NCBI GenBank assembly: GCA_024679065.1
Contig: JAGIQG010000013.1
Coordinates: 52,204,001 to 52,268,000 of the forward strand
DNA length: 64,000 nucleotides
Source: Sphyrna mokarran
Lineage: Eukaryota
Direction of reading: 5' to 3'
Each line of letters starts with the position of its first letter. Position 1 is the first letter of the stretch. The notes under the pieces are model-generated. The model was not told the origin of the DNA. It ran no database searches and saw only the letters and a list, made by a program, of their open reading frames with translations. A program made the position numbers and the translations under genes. Shown piece after piece: positions 50,715-63,155 of the stretch.

Positions 50715-52700
50715 TAAGCAAAGGAGGACCTATGTTATTGACTAAGGGGAAAAATGAATGTGAGAGTAAGATTAGGGGAACTGTGAAAACAGACTTTAAA
50801 AGTTTCTACAGGTATGTGAAGAAAAAACAGTTGGTGAAGACAAATGTAGGTCCCTTAGTCAATAATAAGCAAATTTAAAATGGGGAACAAAGAGATGGTA
50901 ATAAACTAAATTCTGTCTTCACAAAGGAGGGCACAAATAATATATCAGAAATGTTGGGGAATACAAGGTTTAATGAGATGAGGGAACAATATTAATAGAG
51001 AAATGCTGCTGGGAAAATTGATCGAAAAAAATCGATCTAAATATGTTTCATCCCATTTAGTTAGGGCTTGACTTTTCTGCTGTGTATTGCCAGATCCAGA
51101 CCTAATACAGTGACAATATTTTCCAACAGACCCAAAGGAGTTCTTTACAATGAAGTTCAAATGCATTTGTAACCATGTGCTTTCAAGTTATTCCAGTGGG
51201 CTGGGATTGTTTGAAGACCAATATATCCCTAGGAACTGATAATATACATCCCAGATTACTTAAGGAAGTAGCCCTAGAAATAGTGGATGCATTGGTGGTC
51301 ATCTTCCAAGATTCTAGAAGTTCTTGAGGACTGGAGGGTAGCTAATATAACCCTATCATTTAAAAAGGGAGGTTGAAAGAAACCAAGGAATTATAACCAG
51401 TCAGCCTGATGTCAGCTGTGGGGAAAACGCTAGCGCCATTATAAAAGGCTTAATAGCAGAGCATTTGGAAAACAGTGGGAGGATTAATCAGCATGGATTT
51501 ATGCTTGCCAGCGAACATGCTTTGACAAATCTACTGGAATTCTACGAGGATGCAGCTAGTAGTTATGAGGAGGAGCCAGTGGATATGGTTTATTTGGACT
51601 TTCAGAAGGTTTTTGACAAGGTCCCACAGAGATCAACACATAAAATTAAAGCGCATGAGATCGTGAGTAGTGTATTCAGGTAGATTGTTTTGAAGAATGG
51701 GAATAAACGGGTCTTTTTCCTAGTGGCAGACAGTGACTAGTGATGTACCAAAGGGATCAGTGCTAGGACCCTAGCTATTCACAATGTATATTAATGATTC
51801 AGATGAGGGAACTAATATAATATCTCCAAATGAAACAAAACTGGATAGGAAGGAGAGCTGTGAGGAAGAGATGTGTCAGTATAATTTGGACAAGTTGAAT
51901 GAGCAGGCAAATGCAGGACAGATGCAATATAATGTGGATAAATATGAGGTTAACCATTTTGGTAGCAAAAACTGGAAAGGAAAGCAGATTATCTGAAAGG
52001 TTACAAATTGAGAGAAGGGAATGTGCAATGAGACCTGGGTGTCCTTGTATACCAGACACTGACAGTAAGCATGCAGATGCAGCAGGAAGGGTAGAGGAAC
52101 AATGGTAACATTGGCCTTCATCATGAGACGATTCATGTTTTGGAGCAGGGAAATCTTGCTGCAATTAACCAAAGCTTTGGTGAAGCCATATCTGGAATAG
52201 TGTGTACAGTTTTGCAGTTTTGAAAAAGATTGTTCTTGCTATGAAGGGAGTGTAGTGAAGATTTACCAGATTAATTCCTGGGAAGGTGGTATTGATGTGT
52301 GAGGAGAAATTGAATTGGTTAGGATTATATTCGCTGGAGTTTAGAAGAATGAGATGGGTTCTAATAGAAGCCAATAACATTCTAATAGGATTAGACAGGG
52401 TGGATGAAGGGAGAATATTCCCGATGGCAATGAAGTCCAGAACAAGGAGTCATAGTCTGTGGATGCAGGTTTAGCTCTAGGATGAGAAATTTCTTCACCC
52501 AGAGACTGGTGGAATTCTTTACCATAGAAAGCAGTTGAGCCAAAATGTAGTACTTTTTCAAGGCGTTAGATATAGCTCTTGGGGCTAAAGGGATCAAAGG
52601 ATATGGGGGTGAAGGGAGGAAATGGGAATAGATAACTGTGTTGGATGATCAGCCATTATCATAATGAATTGCCGAGCAGGCTCAAAGACTTTCTCCTGCT
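50715..52700 (+). mobile_element. Degenerate CR1 LINE (RT domain to 3' end)
   Basis: QHGFM...LTNLLEFYED...PVDMVYLDFQKVFDKVP, MYINDSDEG and LGLYSLEFRRMR motifs. An unrelated insert of about 185 bp lies near 51030-51215. Confidence 0.9.
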
Positions 52701-53004
52701 TCTTTTCTCCATGTTGGTTCTGGCACTCATGCAATATACTCAATGATTCCTTAACTTCGCCATTGATCACTAATTTTAAATTTTGTCAAAATCTTTCTGA
52801 AATATATAGTAAAAATTACTCTTTCTTTGTCATTATTCCAGTAATGCAGTCCAAATCACCAGCAGATTAGTTGAGCGTGACATGCCCATTTTTCTTTCCT
52901 CTGTGCAGTACACTTGTCAGTATTAAATTTCATCTGTCATTGTTCTGCCCACTTACATATTTTATCCAGCTCATATTGTAATTTTTCAGCTGCCTCATTT
53001 GAGT

Positions 53005-53339
53005 TATTTTTATTCTTTTATGGGATGTGAACACCGCTGGTGGGGCCAGCATTTATTACCCATCCCTAATTGCCTTGAATTGATGTTAGGCCATTTCAGA
53101 GGGTACCTAAGAGCCAGCCACATTTCTGTGGATACCCAATACAGGTAAGGATGGCAGGTTTCTTTCTCTGAAGGAAATTAATGGACTAGGTGCATTTTTG
53201 TAATAATTGACATTAGACTTGCAATTTGTAATGAAATTCAAATTTTATCATATGCCATGGTGGGATTTCATTTGAATTCAGGTCCCAGGGTCTCCAGATT
53301 ACTAGTCCAATAACAACACCATTGTGCCACCACCTCTCC
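53005..53339 (-). mobile_element. tRNA-derived SINE (second family)
   Basis: Collinear with 42606-43030. Confidence 0.7.
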
Positions 53340-56300
53340 TGAGTCCACAAGCTTGTCCAATGTAACCAATTTGCTTTGGGGTTTCTGAATCTGTCACTGT
53401 ATAAGAGGTCCAAAAATCATCCCTAGGGCATTCCATTCAGTGTTTCTCTTCACCTTGTCATAATTAGTGAAATGAATACATATTTTCTTCTGCCCTTCGA
53501 TTAATTTCCAAAATTTATCCTGAACAAGGTGTACATACATGGAAAAGATTAGTTCATCTTGCTTTGGCACAAAGGTGAAGTGAAATACTATACCATTCAG
53601 AAATTTGTTCAGTGCCAAGGTTGATTGACAACTTCCAGTTGATTAGTACTGTGAACCATTTTTTAAGCCTCTCAACCTAAAATCCATGTTTCCCATATTG
53701 ACAAGTAGTGTGCAAAACTATGACAGTGACCTTGAGGCAATTTACATCTCAGTGCACAAGGAACAATCCTGTCTCTCCTTGCCCACAAGGAAACCCGAGA
53801 AATAAACTTAAAGCATAACACACTGTGCTCCTTATGTGCCTGCCCCAGGATTCTGCTCCCTGCACGATTTAGCTGACACAGGGTTTCTTTCCTCCCCACC
53901 TTCTTATTCGGGTCTTAGTTTACAATTGCAGATTGATTGTTGATGGTAACAAGGAATCATATTCTTTGTCCTGCTCATCTGCTCACAAGAAACATATAGG
54001 AACACGGCAGGCAGGAAGCAGGATCAGAGTGGATAAGTGAGTCCTGTTATTTAAATGCATCATACCTCTTAGCTTGGTTCCTGCCTGGTGGGGGCAATTG
54101 AAATCAGACCAACGGGTTACAAATTGAGTTGAATCTTAGAAAGGCAGTTAGTCTTCCAGCAAGACATTGCCTATTTAGATGTCTGGAGGACAGAATTAAC
54201 ATGGTAAAATCAACATTCTAACTGGGTACACCATTAGTATTGATTCCACTGTGATTTGATTTACAATCAGGCCATAAGTCTGAAGCACAATTTATTCTTC
54301 AAATAGACTTTCCTATTACAATGCTCAGATAGTGTTAAGAGAGGTCTCAAAGGAGAAAATAAATGAAAACACCTGCTCTTCAGCACTGGCTAAATAATGT
54401 CACATCACACTACAGCATCTACTCTTAACAACATTGATTAAAAAGAGACAGCTTTACACGGGTACATGATCTGCTTGTGCAACCGCATCCCAATGAAAAA
54501 CTCATATCAAGTGCAGCACCACAATATATAAGGATTCTACCTGAATATATTATTGACATTTAAACCATTTGTGGAGTGACTATGTGCCGCTGGCTTTTTC
54601 TATCCTCAACATTGCCTGAGACATCAGATTCATTCCTTCCATCCCTAATTTTTTCAATTTTATATTTTATCTGTTACTATATATCATAAGATTATAATGA
54701 GGACACAAGATACAATGGTGGGGGAATATATTTCATAATAATATCAAGGAACTACATCTTAAATTTAATGTTTCAATTCAATATTTTGCTTCCATTGAAA
54801 GACAATACTTTAACCAAAGGATCATAGCTTTAATTTGTTCACCTGAACAGGAAGTAAATTCATGATCATGAATATTGGATATGATACCACATACTGGAAT
54901 TAAATTGTGGGTTATGGCATTAGTATATAAATACTGAACACACTGATGCACGATTACTTTATTTTTTAATGAAAGGTTAACTTAATCCGCTGGTAAATGT
55001 ACTATGTACCAGTTACAAATTAAAATACTAGTTTTAAATAACATACAAATGTAGCAAGTGGTTATTTGCTAATATTGTGAGCTATAACTCCTCGGCTTTT
55101 ATTGTTTATATAAATCTTCTCAAGTATTCTATAATTATTTCTTTGGATCAAAATATGCAGAGTTAATCTGGCACTATGTGGTGCTGTTTGCAAACATTTA
55201 TGACCGGGAGTTCCAATTATTGATCTCTGCTGATGACAATGGGGCACAGGATAGGACTTCAAATGTTCCCTGATCTATGAGATAGAAATATAAAAAAAAA
55301 CAGTCGTGGTTCCTGCATCTATTTCATGTCATTTGATTTCATTAGTAGTGCACATGTAGGTACAAAATAAGGATATGATTGGGCTGGTCTGTGATAATCC
55401 TTGCTGTTAATTAACCTTGCAAAATTCAGCCACAACCAATTGGATGATAATTGTAGCTACTATGCAATCAGAGCCTCAATTTGAGTTCTTGTCTTCAAGA
55501 AAGGAACATCAAGAGGACAAAAGCAACAAAAAAATTGACGAAACAACAGTTTAGCTCATAGTAAAACAGAATTACATTGAAAGGAAACTTAAAGTATTTT
55601 GTTCCAAGTATTCAAAAGAATCCAACAACATTGCCATCTCAATTTTAGATGTAAATTATTTTTCTTCCCCCTTTACTTGAAAATGCTAACGTAAATTTCT
55701 TGCCATTATCCAGAATCTCATCCAAGTCATAATGTTTTCTGAGCAAGCTATTGGACCATAGAGCTCATACATTCAGGTTTAATTCTGGCCCCTCCAAACA
55801 GTGACCAGTGGTGCTATGTAGTGTCCCCAGCTACCTGTGCTCATCTATCTGAGAATGACTAATTCAGCATACAGACCTAGATCAACATGGCTCAGTTATG
55901 TGCTAGCTTCCCCAACTGAGCCATCCATGTCTCACAGGATGTTCCCTCACTCCCAAGAAAAATCACATAAGATTTCAGTAGTTTCTTTTTCAAATCTTTG
56001 AAGAACATTCAGAAATCATCAAGGTGTTACCATTGCACCAAAAAGTCATGCAACATAGCCGACTATGAAGGCATGACCAGACAAAATTAGATCGTACTTC
56101 CCTCACAGAAACAAGCCAAAAATTACCATAATCAACCCACAGCAGACAGTTTAATTGCGAGATGTGATTGCATACCTGTCAACATGAACAAAGTTGGGTC
56201 TTTTCTCCAATAATTTTGTTTTTACAACACAAATATAAGGGTCAAAATAGCAAACATTTTAGTCAGATACTGGGAGGCTTTCTGTATACACTTTTATTAA

Positions 56301-57799
56301 AATTAAGACTTGTTCTCCTTAATTTATACTCAGCAGTTATAATCATCAACTGCATGTGTTGGCCCTTACCCATGTTTGTTTATATAACAGATAGAACTGA
56401 GAGTGTGGGATGGCAGATGTGCTGCACCTAAATTGATCTCAACATTAAAACCATTCCTTGATTATATTGCTCTCTACCAGGAATATTTTAGCTTCTGAAT
56501 GTGGAATTAATAATATTCATGCAGCATAACACTTACTCATTTCATAGATGCAGTCTTTTTGGCAAAAACAGAGACAAGTACCAAACTAAATGGCTAGTTT
56601 ACACTAGGCAGTTTATTCTCAGCATATTTATAACTGCAATGAAAGCATGCACACATTAAACTCATGCTGAATTCTTGGTCCCAATTCATTAGAATCGTAG
56701 CACAACAACAGGTTAAGCACCAAACATCGGCTAACAGTTGATATCAAATCATTTATTGTGAAACCATGAAGATGTTTTCTCTAGCTCATAAACCTAATCT
56801 TATACCTATTCAAAGTCGCTCGTAAACTTAAGTTTGAGCATAGTATAATTGACTTTACAGTCCAGTTAAAATGTACTCACTGTACTGAAATTGTATTTGT
56901 TCCAATCCCAGGAATTCCAGCAAAGGTCTAGGTCCATCCTTCTTTATCTTCTATTACTGTTTTCAGCCTATTCAGAGCTTACCCTAATATTTGTTTCTGT
57001 GCCTTTCTCTTTAAAAAAAACCTCGTTCTAGTTTGCCACTGATTTAGAAAACATTCCCTTCAGCTTCATGCACACATACTCACAAAAACACAGGTTGCAA
57101 TAGTGCTAGTATACAAAGCTTGCTTTCATTCAGCAATCCACCCAAGGTCTTTCTGCCTATTTCCACGGCAATCCATTTCCCTCCAGGATAAAGTAGAACA
57201 GCTACTGCTGCCATTAGTTCCGCTCACATCCCACTGCTTCCAATTAGCACCAATTTCCCCTTACAATACAGGCAGCCAGAAGGGCACGGCAGAAACAAAA
57301 AGGCAGCAGTCTTAAAAGCTGGGAGCAAAGACAAGAAAGGTTTTCTTCCTTCCACCTGCTGAGTTATTAAAGCTGCTGCAGCAAATACAGTGCCATTCTC
57401 CTGGGCTTTGCTTTTCCTGATGTGGGGTTAAACAGTATTTTTATCTAGAGTGTTAATTAGCCTCATATACATTTCTGCCAGTTTCTGCAGTTCTTGCCAG
57501 ATCCTCTGGTCTCATGCTCCTCAAGGGAAGCTGTGTGTAAAAATAAAAAAGCATTCCCTCTGCAATACCCTATTTTACTTTGTTCTTTTATACAGTAAGA
57601 TGCTGATAAATCTTTTACTTATTATGGTTTTTGAACATGTTTTTCCTGTACCAAGCTGCTGCACCACCCCCCCTTGTCCCACACCACCACTGCCTTCAAT
57701 GGACTCGTAGTCATACTGCTCTGTAATCATTAAGAAGTGCACTTAAACAACTTGGGGTGATTGCCCAGACCATTCTAAATCATGCCATTGTGGAGAAAT

Positions 57800-58195
57800 G
57801 CCTCCATTAGTTTATGCAAAAATCACCTCCCACAGTTCAGACTGGCACATTCCAAAGTCCAAGATTATGTGTTGAGGGATACAACAAAGCTTGAAACAGC
57901 TGTCACAGAGGTTCAGTGGGAAAGGCCACTGTTGAAAGCTCTCCTGCCACAATATACAGAAGGGTTAGAAACCATGTAAAATCCTTGGGCTGTGTGTGCC
58001 AAAGGATGTTTGACATGAAATATAAATGTACACTGAAATTATACATTTGCACAAATGTAATGATGAGTGTGGTGAGGCATCTCATTTACAGTTTCGAAAG
58101 AAGCTGATCTGTACTGCGTTTTCAATAATGTCAAATGTGAAGTGCTATCATGCTTAATATTACAAACTTTATAATAGAGTATATTTTTGGGGGGA
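57800..58195 (+). mobile_element. L1/Tx1-like LINE 3' end
   Basis: RLAHSKVQDYVLRD...QW resembles recalled C-termini of shark L1/Tx1 ORF2, followed by an AT-rich 3' UTR. Confidence 0.6.
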
Positions 58196-58803
58196 AAATC
58201 ACCTTGGACAGCTCAGATGAGGTCAGCAACTTAATATCTGGGAAGCTGTAAGCCCCTACCCAAAGCCTATTGATGCAGTTCTTTTAGTGCATGAGTGTGT
58301 AAGTGCAGTGTATCTGATTGTTGTCTAAGGTATAAAGTAGGTCAAAACAGCAAAGATCGGGTGCCAATGTCACTGGAATGGAATACTAACAACAGCACTC
58401 AGTCTGTGGTTGATTTTTGAAATAAAATGTATTCAGCTCTCAGAGTTACAAAGCCAATGAGCAGAGTGGACAGAGCAAGCCCTCATCCATCTCCTTGCTT
58501 TCTCCAAAAACCAGTACAATTCAAATTGAACCCAATTCATTGTCTCTACAAAAGAAACAAGGTGGAGCCAAGCTGACAGGAAGAGACATACCAGATCTTG
58601 GGCTTAGTCTGCAATTGATCTCATATGCGTAATTTTCTCACCATCGATTTAAGCAAATGAACAATGTACTGGGAATGAAACAATTAAAGGAAAGCATGAC
58701 GATAGTAATGCAGGAACACCTTAAAAAGACTGCAGAGGAAACACAGAAGGTAGGAGCGGGAATAGGCCACTCTGCCCTTTGAGCCTACCCTGTCATTCAT
58801 TAT

Positions 58804-59120
58804 ACTGAGATGTCAGCATTGGATTGGGGTAAACACAGTTAGAAGTCTCACAAGACCAGGTTGAAGTCCAACAAGTTTATTTGATAGTAAACCCACAAGC
58901 TTTTGGAAACAGTGTTCCGTCATCGGATGAGTGGAAAGTTTTGATCAGAGAAGGGCATATAAAGGCACACACAGTTACAGAATACTGATTAGAATGCAAG
59001 TGTTTACTTCTTTGATCAGGACTTTCCACTCACCCGACAAAGGAACAGCGTTCCAAAAGCTTGTGGATTTACTATCAAGCAAATTTGCTGGACTTTAACC
59101 TGGTGTTGTGAAATTTCTTA
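58804..59120. mobile_element. Palindromic Penelope-like insertion (copy C), within a minus-strand CR1 tail (about 58738-59290)
   Basis: 14-bp TSD ctg(t/c)cattcattat (58790-58803 and 59121-59134). Inverted arms at about 58843-58948 and 59013-59119. The hammerhead cores are decayed. Confidence 0.82.
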
Positions 59121-59899
59121 CTGCCATTCATTATCATAATTGATCATCAAATTCAATATCCTGATCCTCTCCCCCCTTCTTGAAATTAGGCAATGCTTAG
59201 GCCTCAACTATATTGTTAGTGAATTGCACCCATTCACTTTCTCTGGATGAAAATATTTCTACTCACTTCAGTTCTAAAAGGTTTACCCCTTTATAAAAGA
59301 TTATTTTACAAATGAAAAGGCACCTCTCTCGACAAGTATTTTCACAGGGTGGCATGGTCTCTTTAACAGCAATTCAATCAGCTCTCCTTTATTATTTTCA
59401 GTTCATACAGCAATTAATAAGAAGACATTTCTGGCAACTTGAATGTTTTGACCAAAGGGATCTGTATTCACACTGAAACAAAAGAGGAATCTATTCAGTA
59501 TCGACAGCTGTTCAAACCAATCCAAAGAGATCGGGAACATTTTGTTTTCACAGATGAAGAGGAAGTAGCAAGTTTCACACTTTTATTCACATTCCACGGA
59601 TTCACCAAAACAGCTGCAACTCACAGATAGCAGAAATAGCGAAAGCATTTGATTCAAACTCCCAGAAGCAAATGTGGGAGTTTCACATAGAAGGAAATGA
59701 ATATGCACGTTAATTAGGGCATTCTCACCTCCTATAGAAAGGAAAGAAATTCAATAAAACAGGAATGCTCATAAGCATTGTAGCACTTGTACACAATATA
59801 TTGCATGATGAGTGCCACACATCCTTCTGTCACTTCTCTCGCTTCAAAATAAAAGATAAATTCAGTCATATACTTTTACATGAATATAAATTTCTGTCC

Positions 59900-60960
59900 A
59901 ACATCATCACCAAACAGGTCTAGTCTGCTTTGGAAATGGTGACCCACCTGGATCATGATATACCCAGCAGAAAGATCACTGATACTCCAGTGCTACTTGG
60001 AGATATGATTGCCTGTGTACATGGCAGGATGGTGGACACTCATCTAATCAGCTTGGCCTGGGAGAAGGCCTTTGATAGAATATCATACACATATATATGA
60101 TGGATGTGCTCTCCAAAATGGGTTTTTAAGGAGAGAATCTACAATTGGATCGATCTACTCTGGCTAAATATCATACAGCTGTAATCAGGAAACAGAGAGC
60201 TTTCTGCTTAAAGCTGCAGTCATGTTTAAAATTCTTTTTTAAAGTTTATTTAACAGAGTCACAAGTGAGCTTACATTGAAGCAGAAATGAAGTTACTGTG
60301 AAAATCCCCTAGTCACCGCACTCTGGCACCTATTCAGGTACACTGAGGGAGAATTTAACATGGTCAATCCATGTAGCCAGCACATCTTTTGGAGTGTGGG
60401 AGGAAACCTGAGCACCCGGAAATAACCCATGCCAACACGGGGAAGATGCGCAAACTCCACATAGACGTGGACTCAAGTTGGGAATTGAACCTGGGTCCCT
60501 GGTGCAGCAAGGCAATAGCACTAACCAGTGTGCCATCATGCTGCCTTTTTTGATGAAGTTGTCCTCGCTGTGTCCTGTTTCTGCATCGTAGAGAATCCTT
60601 TTCTGAGTCCATCGGGAAGGAGATAACAGCACTGACAATCCTAGACAGCAGAGGTCAAAGCTTCTATGTACACAGAAGATGTCACCGTCCCCTGCTCAGA
60701 TCCACTACTGGTCTGCAAAATTAATGAACACCCATTGCTTCAAAGGCCAAAGTACATCACAGTAAAAAGGAAATAATTTTTTTGGGGGAACTGGACGAAC
60801 CAATTCTCTGTTCCTTCATCATGAGGTCAGATTGCCTGGGAATATAATTTGGGTGGAATGGGGCAAGCACCAAGAACAAGAAGGAATTAACAGTCCAAGT
60901 TAAACAAAAATTGGTAATATGAGAGCAATTGCACTGAATACAATTCTCTGCATTGTAGCT
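59900..60960 (+). mobile_element. Degenerate L1/Tx1-like RT fragment, interrupted by a SINE
   Basis: Translates to LISLAWEKAFDRISY near 60035-60090 (LD.EKAFDR motif), with a YxDD-like remnant near 60665. Confidence 0.6.
60236..60545 (-). mobile_element. V-SINE, type B tail
   Basis: Collinear with 12805-13127. Confidence 0.82.
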
Positions 60961-60999
60961 AAGAAACTGGTTAACAACTGCAAGGTGTTGGCATATATT

Positions 61000-61300
61000 G
61001 AATCATAGAATCTGTACAGTGCAGAAAAAGTGCTCATCAAGCCAGGACTGACAATAATTCCACCCAGGCCTTATCTCAGTAACCTCATTTATTTACCTTG
61101 CCAATCTCCCTACACTAATGGCCAATTAATCTAACCCACACATAGTATGTGGGAAGAAACCAGAATACTTGGAGGAAACCCACGCAGACACAGGGAGAAT
61201 GTGCAAACTCCACACAGATAGTCACCCGAGGCCAGAATTGAACCCAGGCCCGTGGCGCTGTGAGGCAGCAGTGCTAATCACTGTGCCACCATTCTGCTCC
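61000..61300 (-). mobile_element. HE1-like V-SINE, type A tail
   Basis: Reverse complement of a 43434-43772-like sequence; tail aatcatagaatc. Confidence 0.82.
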
Positions 61301-61971
61301 CACATGGTAGCCCCTCTCCTGCTCCTGTGCCAATACAGTTACACAACAACATTCAACTTATCAGGAGATTGAAAATGGACTGTATGCGCAGAGACATGAT
61401 AAAAAATTACCAGATAAAGTGAGAGAAAGACAAACAATGTGTCCTCATTCTGATGGTTACTTTTGTGTGACTCTAGCTGCACCAAGCTACGTCAACCCTC
61501 AGTATGCAACACCAAGGCCAGGGTTTTTCTGACCTCATGGAGATGGGTTTGGAGGTGATGAGGTAAATAGGGGGAGGAATACTGAATGGCTCTTTGATTT
61601 ATTCCCATCAACAAGAAAGTTACCTTGGGGTAGGCAAGATGGGAATTGGATGTCTGCTCCAAGGAGGCAGATGGCTGATTTAAATTCTTAAGGCTTTAAT
61701 TAGGTGTGGTATTTCAAGAGGTGATGTGACAGTGATTGCCTTTGGCAGCAAGATAGTATGTGACTGAATGTGGCATTAAAGAGACTTTGCAAAACTGAAA
61801 TTAATGTGAATCAGGGGAAAACTCCATCTCACTAAGGAAGACAACTGTAGTCATTAGAGGCTGTTCATCTCAGTCCCAGGATATGCAGATATTTCTCAGG
61901 ATAGTTTCCGAGGTTCAAACAACTTCAGCTATTTCAATGGCCTTTCCTCAATCATAAGGTCAGAACTGGAG

Positions 61972-62190
61972 ATAAAAACAAAATACTGTGGATGCTGGAA
62001 TCTGATGCAAAAACAGAAAATACTGGAAAATCTCAGCAAGTCTGACAGCTTCTGTGGAGAGTGAACAGAGTTCCCGTTTTGAGTCTGGATGACCCTCCAG
62101 AGTAAGAAGTCTGACAACACCAGGTTTATGTTTCTACATCAAGACCCTTCAGAGCCATGGGCTCTGACAAAGGGTCATCCAGACCCTTCT
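61972..62190. mobile_element. Second Penelope-like tail family, with partial inversion and a chimeric fragment
   Basis: Tail aaatactgtggatgctggaatctga...ctggaaaatctcagc, and a perfect 14-bp inverted repeat at 62083-62096 and 62171-62184. Confidence 0.55.
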
Positions 62191-62336
62191 CGGAGGCATT
62201 TCCACCATTTTGTAACATTTTCAAGTGGAGCCGTGTAGCCCAAACCGTCCACTGATTAGAAGTGGGCAGCCAATTTACATTGTTAAAGCCACAATTTGGG
62301 TTGAATTTGCATATCTCATTAGCACTTTGCTGCTGG

Positions 62337-63155
62337 GGGAGCAGCCCCCCTGCCGTGCACCGGCCGCAGCCCCCCCCGTTCACCTGCTGCAGCCCCCCCT
62401 GCTGTGCACCGGCCGCAGCCCCCCGCTGTGCACCGGCCGCAGCCCTCCCGCCGTGCACTTGCCGCAGCCACCCCTACCTCACCGTGCACCTGCCGCAGCC
62501 CCCCCCGCCATGCACCGGCCGCAGCCCCCCCCGCCGTGCACCGGCCGCAGCCCCCACGCCGTGCACCGCCGCAGCCCCCCCGCCGTGCACCGCCGAGCCC
62601 CCCGCTGTTCACCTGCCGCAGCCCTCCCCCGTGCACTTTGCCGCAGCCACCCCCCCTCGCCGTGCACCTGCTGCAGCCCCCCCCGCCGTGCACCGGCCGC
62701 AGACCCCCGCCGTGCACCGGCGGCAGCCCCCCCGCCATGCACTTGCCGCAGCCCCCCCGCCGTGCACTGGCCGCAGCCCCCCCGCCGTGCACTGGCCGCA
62801 GCCCCCCCGCCGTGCACCGGCTGCAGCCCCCCGCCGTGCACCGGCCGCAGCCCCCCCACCGTTCACCTGCCGCAGCCCTCCCGCCGTGCACTTGCCGCAG
62901 CCATCCCCCTCGCTGTGCACCTGCCGCAGCCCCCCCCGCTTCACCTGCCGCAGCCCCCCCCGCCGTGCCCGGCCGCAGCACCCCCGCTGTGCACCGGCCG
63001 CAGCCCCCCACCGTTCACCTGCCGCCCCTCCCGCCGTGCACCGGCCGCAGACCCCCGCCGTGCACTGGCCGCAGCCCCCCTGCCGTGCACTGGCCGCAGC
63101 CCCCCCGCCGTGCACCTGTCACAGCACCCCCGCCGTGCACCGGTCGCAGCCCCCT
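62337..63155. repeat. GC/CpG-rich minisatellite, unit about 24-25 bp, roughly 33 copies
   Basis: Consensus (c)4-8gccgtgcaccggccgcag, with recurrent variants ttcacctg, gcacttg and gcactgg. Confidence 0.95.

Noticed and set aside
62337-63155. CRISPR-like regular repeats
   Set aside because: The units are contiguous with no unique spacers, there are no cas genes, and the context is a vertebrate intron.
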